From: Lentisphaerota bacterium
GTDB taxonomy: Bacteria; Verrucomicrobiota; Kiritimatiellia; UBA8416; JAIOPI01
DNA length: 64,000 nucleotides
Direction: 5' to 3'
Assembly: GCA_021413965.1 (NCBI GenBank)
Contig: JAIOPI010000021.1
Coordinates: forward strand, 220,671-284,670
The notes beneath the pieces were generated by a model that had not been told where the DNA came from, searched no databases, and worked only from the letters and a program-made list of their open reading frames with translations. Numbering within the stretch: position 1 is the first letter of the stretch; each line of letters opens with the position of its first letter. The position numbers were made by a program, and so were the translations under genes. This document shows, piece by piece, positions 59,685 through 64,000 of this stretch.

Positions 59685-62447
59685 CTACTTCGCCACGACT
59701 TCGGACGGCTGCCGCTTGCCGTTGGTCACGGGAGCCGTCGCCACACGGACCACGTCCACGGCACAAACCTTGTACTCGGGGCACAGTGCATCCTTGTCGG
59801 ACACGCTGCTGGTGAGGGTGTTGATCTTGAGTTCCGGGAAGTGGAAGGTCGTGTACAGCACGCCGGGCTTCACGCTGGTGGAGCGGTAGGCGTGCAGCCG
59901 GATCTCTCCGCGCGCGGATGACAGCGCCACCAGGTCCCCGTCCTCGATGCGCTTGGCCGCGGCATCGTCGGGATGGATCAGCAGCACGTCCGCGCCCAGG
60001 ATGTCCGCATTGCCCGTGCGCCGGGTCATGGTGCCGCAGTTGTAGTGCTCCAGCTTGCGGCCCGTGGTGAGGATGTAGGGGAACCGCTCGCCGTTATCCA
60101 CAATCTCCGAGGACTCCTCCCAGTCGAAGTAGTGGAACTTGCCGCGCCCGCGTTTGAACGAGTCGACATGGATGAGCGGCGAGTCGTGGCCGTCCGGATA
60201 CACCGGCCACTGCTTGCCGTCCGTGCCGAGTTCGTCCCACTTCACGCCGGCGAAGAACGGCACGACGCGCGCGATCTCCTCCAGCAGCACGGCCGGGTCC
60301 GGGCCCTTTTGCGGGTAGCCCATGCGATTCATGATGTCGACCATGATCTGCCCGTCGGTCTTCGTGCCCGCCAGCGGCGGCACGACCTCCAGCACGCGCT
60401 GAATGCGCCGCTCGCCGTTGGTGAACGTTCCGCTCTTCTCGAGGAACGTCGTCGCCGGCAGCACCACGTGCGCCAACTTTGCGGTTTCGGTGAGGAAGAT
60501 CTCCTGGACCACCAGCAGGTCGAGGCACGTCAGCGCGGCGAGCACATGGTTGGTGTTCGGGTCCGTCTGCGCGAGGTCCTCGCCCATGAGCCACAGCGCC
60601 TTGAGCTTGCCGGCCAGCGCGGCCTCATACATCTGCGGAATCTTCAAGCCGGCGTGCTTCGGCAGTGTCACGCCATAGATCGACTCGTAGTGGGCCTGGA
60701 CATCGGGCAGGGTGACATCCAGATAGCCCGCGCCCTGGTGGGGCTGCGTCCCCATGTCCGCACAGCCCTGGACGTTGTTCTGGCCGCGCAGCGGGTTCAC
60801 GCCCACGCCCGGCCGGCCGATGTTCCCGGTCATCATGGCCAGGTTCGCGATCAGGTTGATGGTGCGCGTGCCCTGGCTGTGCTCGGTGACCCCCAGGCCG
60901 TGGAACTCCATGGCGTTGCGGGCCGAGGCGTAGGCGATCGCCGCCTCGCGGACGAGGTGGCGATCCACGCCGCAGATGCGCTCCATGGCGACCACATCCA
61001 GCGTGCGGATCTGCGCCTCGAACTCGGCAAAGCCCTCGCAGCGCTGGGCCACAAAATCCCGTTTTACCAGGCCCGCCTCGATGATGAAGTAGGCCATCAT
61101 GTTGAGCAGCGCCACGTTGGTGCCGGGCCGCAGGGCGAGGTGCCACTGTGCATAGGCCGCCAGCTCCGTGCGCATGGGGTCGATCACGATCAGCGTCGCG
61201 CCCTTCATGACCTTCTGCTTGATCTTCGCGCCGGTCACGGGGTGGCCGGAGGTCGGGTTGGCGCCGATGATCAGAATCAGGTCCGTCTGGTCCAGGCAGG
61301 CGATGGAGTTGGTGGCCGCGCCGGTGCCGAAGCTGCGCTGCATGCCCAGCGCCGTGGGCGAGTGGCAGACGCGCGCGCAGCTGTCGATGTTGTTCGTGCC
61401 GACGACGGCGCGAATGAACTTCTGCATCAGGTAGTTCTCTTCGTTCGTGCAGCGCGCGGAGGAAATGCCGGCGATGGCGTCGGGGCCGTGCGCGCCGCGG
61501 ATGCGGGTCAGCTCCCCGGCGATGAAATCGTAGGCTTCGTCCCACGTGGCGGGCTGGAGCGTGCCCTGGCGCCGGACCAGGGGCTGGCGCAGGCGGTCGG
61601 GGTGGGTGACGAAGCGGAAGGCGTAGCGCCCCTTCAGGCAGGTGTGCCCGCGGTTGGACTTGGCATCCTTCGGGGCCGTGATCGCGAGGATCTCGTTCTC
61701 CTTCACATGCACGTCGAGGTTGCAGCCGACCCCGCAGTAGGAGCACACCGTTCGCTGCGAGCGCGTGGCCTCGTGCTTGCGCGGCAGATTGATGTCCGTG
61801 ATCGCGCCCGTGGGGCAGGTCTGCGCACAGGCCCCGCAGGAGACGCAGGGCGACGCCTTGTAGGAGACGTCCGCGCCCATGATGACGCGGCTGTCGAACC
61901 CGCGGCCCTTCATCCCGAGCACGAACTGCCCCTGGATTTCGTCGCAGGCCCGGATGCAGCGGAAGCAGTTGATGCAGGCGCTCAAGTCCGCGCGCATGTA
62001 GGGGTGCGTGGTGTCCGGCCGGCGGTCCTGATGGTGTTTTCCCGGCGCGTAGCGCACGGCCGTGGGATCCAGGCCGACGTGCGCGATCACGTCCCGCAGT
62101 TCGGCGTCGCCGTTGCGCGGGGTCGAGGTCAGCTTGTCCACCGGGTAATCCGTCAGGACCAGCTCCACAATGTTGCGGCGCAGGCGCTGCACCCGGGGCG
62201 AGTGGTGGAAGATGTGCAGGTTCTCCGACACCGGCGTGTGACAGGAGGCGACGACGCGCCGCGGGCCGTCGGGCTTCAGCGCGACTTCGACCGAGCAGAC
62301 GCGGCAGGATCCGAAGGGCTCCAGCAGTTCGTCGTAACACAGCGTGGGAATCGTGCGCTTGCCGACGTGGCGCTCGACGAACTGCAGGATGGTTTCACCA
62401 TCGCGGATCTCAAAGGGCTGGCCGTCGATGTAGGCGATTGGGTTCAT
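59685..62447 (-). CDS. fdsA: Formate dehydrogenase alpha subunit, NAD-dependent type (N-terminal 2Fe-2S/4Fe-4S NuoG-like domains plus Mo-bisPGD catalytic domain; Cys, not Sec)
   Basis: CYDELLEPFGSCRVCSV, CINCFRCIRAC and CVSCGACAQTC are cluster motifs; the molybdopterin domain SCARVCHSPT has Cys at the Sec position and no in-frame TGA. Confidence 0.9.
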   Translation of the reverse strand: MNPIAYIDGQPFEIRDGETILQFVERHVGKRTIPTLCYDELLEPFGSCRVCSVEVALKPDGPRRVVASCHTPVSENLHIFHHSPRVQRLRRNIVELVLTDYPVDKLTSTPRNGDAELRDVIAHVGLDPTAVRYAPGKHHQDRRPDTTHPYMRADLSACINCFRCIRACDEIQGQFVLGMKGRGFDSRVIMGADVSYKASPCVSCGACAQTCPTGAITDINLPRKHEATRSQRTVCSYCGVGCNLDVHVKENEILAITAPKDAKSNRGHTCLKGRYAFRFVTHPDRLRQPLVRRQGTLQPATWDEAYDFIAGELTRIRGAHGPDAIAGISSARCTNEENYLMQKFIRAVVGTNNIDSCARVCHSPTALGMQRSFGTGAATNSIACLDQTDLILIIGANPTSGHPVTGAKIKQKVMKGATLIVIDPMRTELAAYAQWHLALRPGTNVALLNMMAYFIIEAGLVKRDFVAQRCEGFAEFEAQIRTLDVVAMERICGVDRHLVREAAIAYASARNAMEFHGLGVTEHSQGTRTINLIANLAMMTGNIGRPGVGVNPLRGQNNVQGCADMGTQPHQGAGYLDVTLPDVQAHYESIYGVTLPKHAGLKIPQMYEAALAGKLKALWLMGEDLAQTDPNTNHVLAALTCLDLLVVQEIFLTETAKLAHVVLPATTFLEKSGTFTNGERRIQRVLEVVPPLAGTKTDGQIMVDIMNRMGYPQKGPDPAVLLEEIARVVPFFAGVKWDELGTDGKQWPVYPDGHDSPLIHVDSFKRGRGKFHYFDWEESSEIVDNGERFPYILTTGRKLEHYNCGTMTRRTGNADILGADVLLIHPDDAAAKRIEDGDLVALSSARGEIRLHAYRSTSVKPGVLYTTFHFPELKINTLTSSVSDKDALCPEYKVCAVDVVRVATAPVTNGKRQPSEVVAK

Positions 62448-62464
62448 TATCTGCTCTTGGTCGG

Positions 62465-62545
62465 AATCGTAATCTTAATCCTAATCGTAATCTCCCGCGG
62501 TTGGCCGGCGATTAAGATTAGGATTACGATTAAGATTATGACTGG
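62465..62545. repeat. AT-rich palindrome of hexamer repeats (AATCNT)5 ... (ANGATT)5 between fdsB and fdsA
   Basis: aatcgtaatcttaatcctaatcgtaatc tcccgcggttggccggcg attaagattaggattacgattaagatt; local GC is about 35% in a 68% GC genome; the arms have periodic mismatches at the N position. Confidence 0.7.
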
Positions 62546-62551
62546 GATTTG

Positions 62552-64000
62552 CTATTCAAAGTATTCCCGCAATTCCCCCTCGAAGTGTTTCAGCGCATTC
62601 TGGATCGGCAGCGGGACGCCGCTGCCGTGCGCGCACAGGCTGGTCAGCGCCATCGTGTCCAGCAGGTCATTCAGCAGCTCGCGGTTGAGTTTGGCGCGCC
62701 CGTGGGCTGCCGCGGCCAGCATCTCCTGCCCGCGCGTCGAGCCCAGGCGGCAGGGGAAGCACTTGCCGCACGATTCCGCCGCGCAGAACTCCATGAGATG
62801 TTCGAGGTACTGGATCATCGGGAAACTTTCGGGAATGCCCAGGATGCTGCCATGCCCGAGCAGGAAGCCCGCCTCCCGGAACGATTCGAAATCAATGGTC
62901 AGGCTGCCGAACATCGATTTGGGGACGAGGCCCCCCAGCGGGCCGCCGATGTGCAGGGCCTTGACGGGCACACGGAAGCCGCCGCCGAGCGTGTCGATCA
63001 CCGTGGTTAGCGGCGTGCCCATGGGCACTTCGTAGAGGCCGGGGCGATTGAACACGCCGTTGAGGCAAACCAGCTTCGCCCCTGTTGACTGCGGGGTGCC
63101 GATGCGGGCAAAGGCTTCGCCGCCGGCGATCAGGATCTGATGCACGTGGGCAAAGGTCTCGACATTGTTGACGACGGTCGGCTGGCCGTAAAGCCCTTGC
63201 GTGGTGGGGTAGGGCGGGCGGGCGCTGACTTCGGGGCGGCGGCCCTCGATTGACGCGATCAGCGCCGTCTCCTCGCCGCAGATGTAGGCGCCCGCGCCGG
63301 CAATGACCTTGAACGTGAACGAGAAGTCCGTGCCGAACACGCGCGCGCCGGCGGCGCCGGCAGCCTCCGCCTCGCGCACGGCGGCACGCGTGGCCTCCAC
63401 GGCTTCGGGGTACTCGGCGCGAATGTAGACGACGCCCTCGCTGGCGCCGACGACCCAGCCCGCCACGAGCATACCGAAGAGCACGCGGTGAGGCTGCTGC
63501 TCCAGCAGGTAGCGGTCAATGTACGCGCCGGGGTCGCCCTCATCGCCGTTGCAGACGATGTACTTCCTGGCGCCGGGGGCGGCCTTCGCCGCGGCCCACT
63601 TGGCGCCGGTGGGGAAGCCCGCCCCGCCGCGGCCGCGCAGCCTGGCGCGCGTGACCTCGTCCAGCGCGGCTTCCGGCGGACGCTGCAAGATCTCGCGCAG
63701 CGGTTCGTAGTAGGCGGCGACGCCGGGAAACGCGGCGGTCAGCACGGCGGGCGTGCCATGCGCGGCCACCGCATAGGTATCGCGGCGTGGCACTTCCGGC
63801 GTCGCCAGGATGGCGGCCAGGTTGTCCACGTCGCGGCCCGAAAAGTTGCGGCCGGCGATGTGGAATGCCGCGTTCTCGTGGCAGCGGCCCAGGCAGGTGA
63901 TGACGCCGACGTCCTCCGGCTTGAATGCTCGACCCAGGGCCTCCGCGACGCGCGGCTGCGTGCCCGCGCACAAGCAGGCCGATCCGTTACACACCAGCGC
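62552..64000 (-). CDS. fdsB: Formate dehydrogenase beta subunit (NuoF-like NADH-binding/FMN/4Fe-4S, with an N-terminal NuoE-like 2Fe-2S region; 5' end beyond the window)
   Basis: GRGGAGFPTGAKW, ICGEETALIASIEG, ESCGKCFPCR. The frame stays open upstream of the track GTG at 63994 (ALVCNGSACLCAG looks like a 2Fe-2S motif), so the N-terminus is off-window. Confidence 0.85.
   Translation of the reverse strand, partial: ALVCNGSACLCAGTQPRVAEALGRAFKPEDVGVITCLGRCHENAAFHIAGRNFSGRDVDNLAAILATPEVPRRDTYAVAAHGTPAVLTAAFPGVAAYYEPLREILQRPPEAALDEVTRARLRGRGGAGFPTGAKWAAAKAAPGARKYIVCNGDEGDPGAYIDRYLLEQQPHRVLFGMLVAGWVVGASEGVVYIRAEYPEAVEATRAAVREAEAAGAAGARVFGTDFSFTFKVIAGAGAYICGEETALIASIEGRRPEVSARPPYPTTQGLYGQPTVVNNVETFAHVHQILIAGGEAFARIGTPQSTGAKLVCLNGVFNRPGLYEVPMGTPLTTVIDTLGGGFRVPVKALHIGGPLGGLVPKSMFGSLTIDFESFREAGFLLGHGSILGIPESFPMIQYLEHLMEFCAAESCGKCFPCRLGSTRGQEMLAAAAHGRAKLNRELLNDLLDTMALTSLCAHGSGVPLPIQNALKHFEGELREYFE

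Noticed and set aside
59685-62447. Selenocysteine (TGA recoding) in formate dehydrogenase
   Set aside because: The position equivalent to Sec carries Cys (SCARVCHSP) and the ORF has no in-frame TGA.
59973-63035. 1020-aa plus-strand ORF
   Set aside because: Antisense shadow spanning fdsA and fdsB.

Overview
This is a 64 kb high-GC (about 67-68%) bacterial chromosomal segment. Gene content (planctomycete-type ECF sigma with a TRWSVV N-terminus, a Ser/Thr kinase with a C-type lectin and LRRs, a VPDSG/PEP-CTERM-like sorting tail) suggests a PVC-superphylum (Verrucomicrobia-like) genome; that assignment is inference. I call about 60 protein-coding genes. I found no rRNA, tRNA or CRISPR. Core blocks: a conserved nusA-infB-rbfA-truB-ribF-rpsO-pnp cluster that lacks rimP; recQ, upp, clpS-aat, panE and sfsA; a molybdenum-cofactor locus (moaA, moeA, moaC, mobB-mobA fusion, moaD, moaE-moeB-rhodanese fusion, tauE) next to an NfnAB/SudAB-like pair and an NAD-type formate dehydrogenase (FdsA, and FdsB running off the right edge); three ABC-2-type transporter operons; an ECF-sigma/Ser-Thr-kinase pair transcribed divergently from a 1046-aa polytopic membrane protein with a CTERM-like sorting tail, followed by two translationally coupled paralogous membrane proteins. 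The left edge holds the N-terminal part of a minus-strand sensor-kinase-like gene absent from the ORF track because its stop lies outside the window. Intergenic DNA is unusually rich in structured repeats: three families of REP-like palindromes, three about 190-bp nested-palindrome MITE-like elements, a 255-bp TIR element with (GGGTTCA)n arms inside an ABC operon, and an AT-rich hexamer-repeat palindrome between fdsB and fdsA. Many long ORFs in the track are GC-rich shadow frames and are rejected below.
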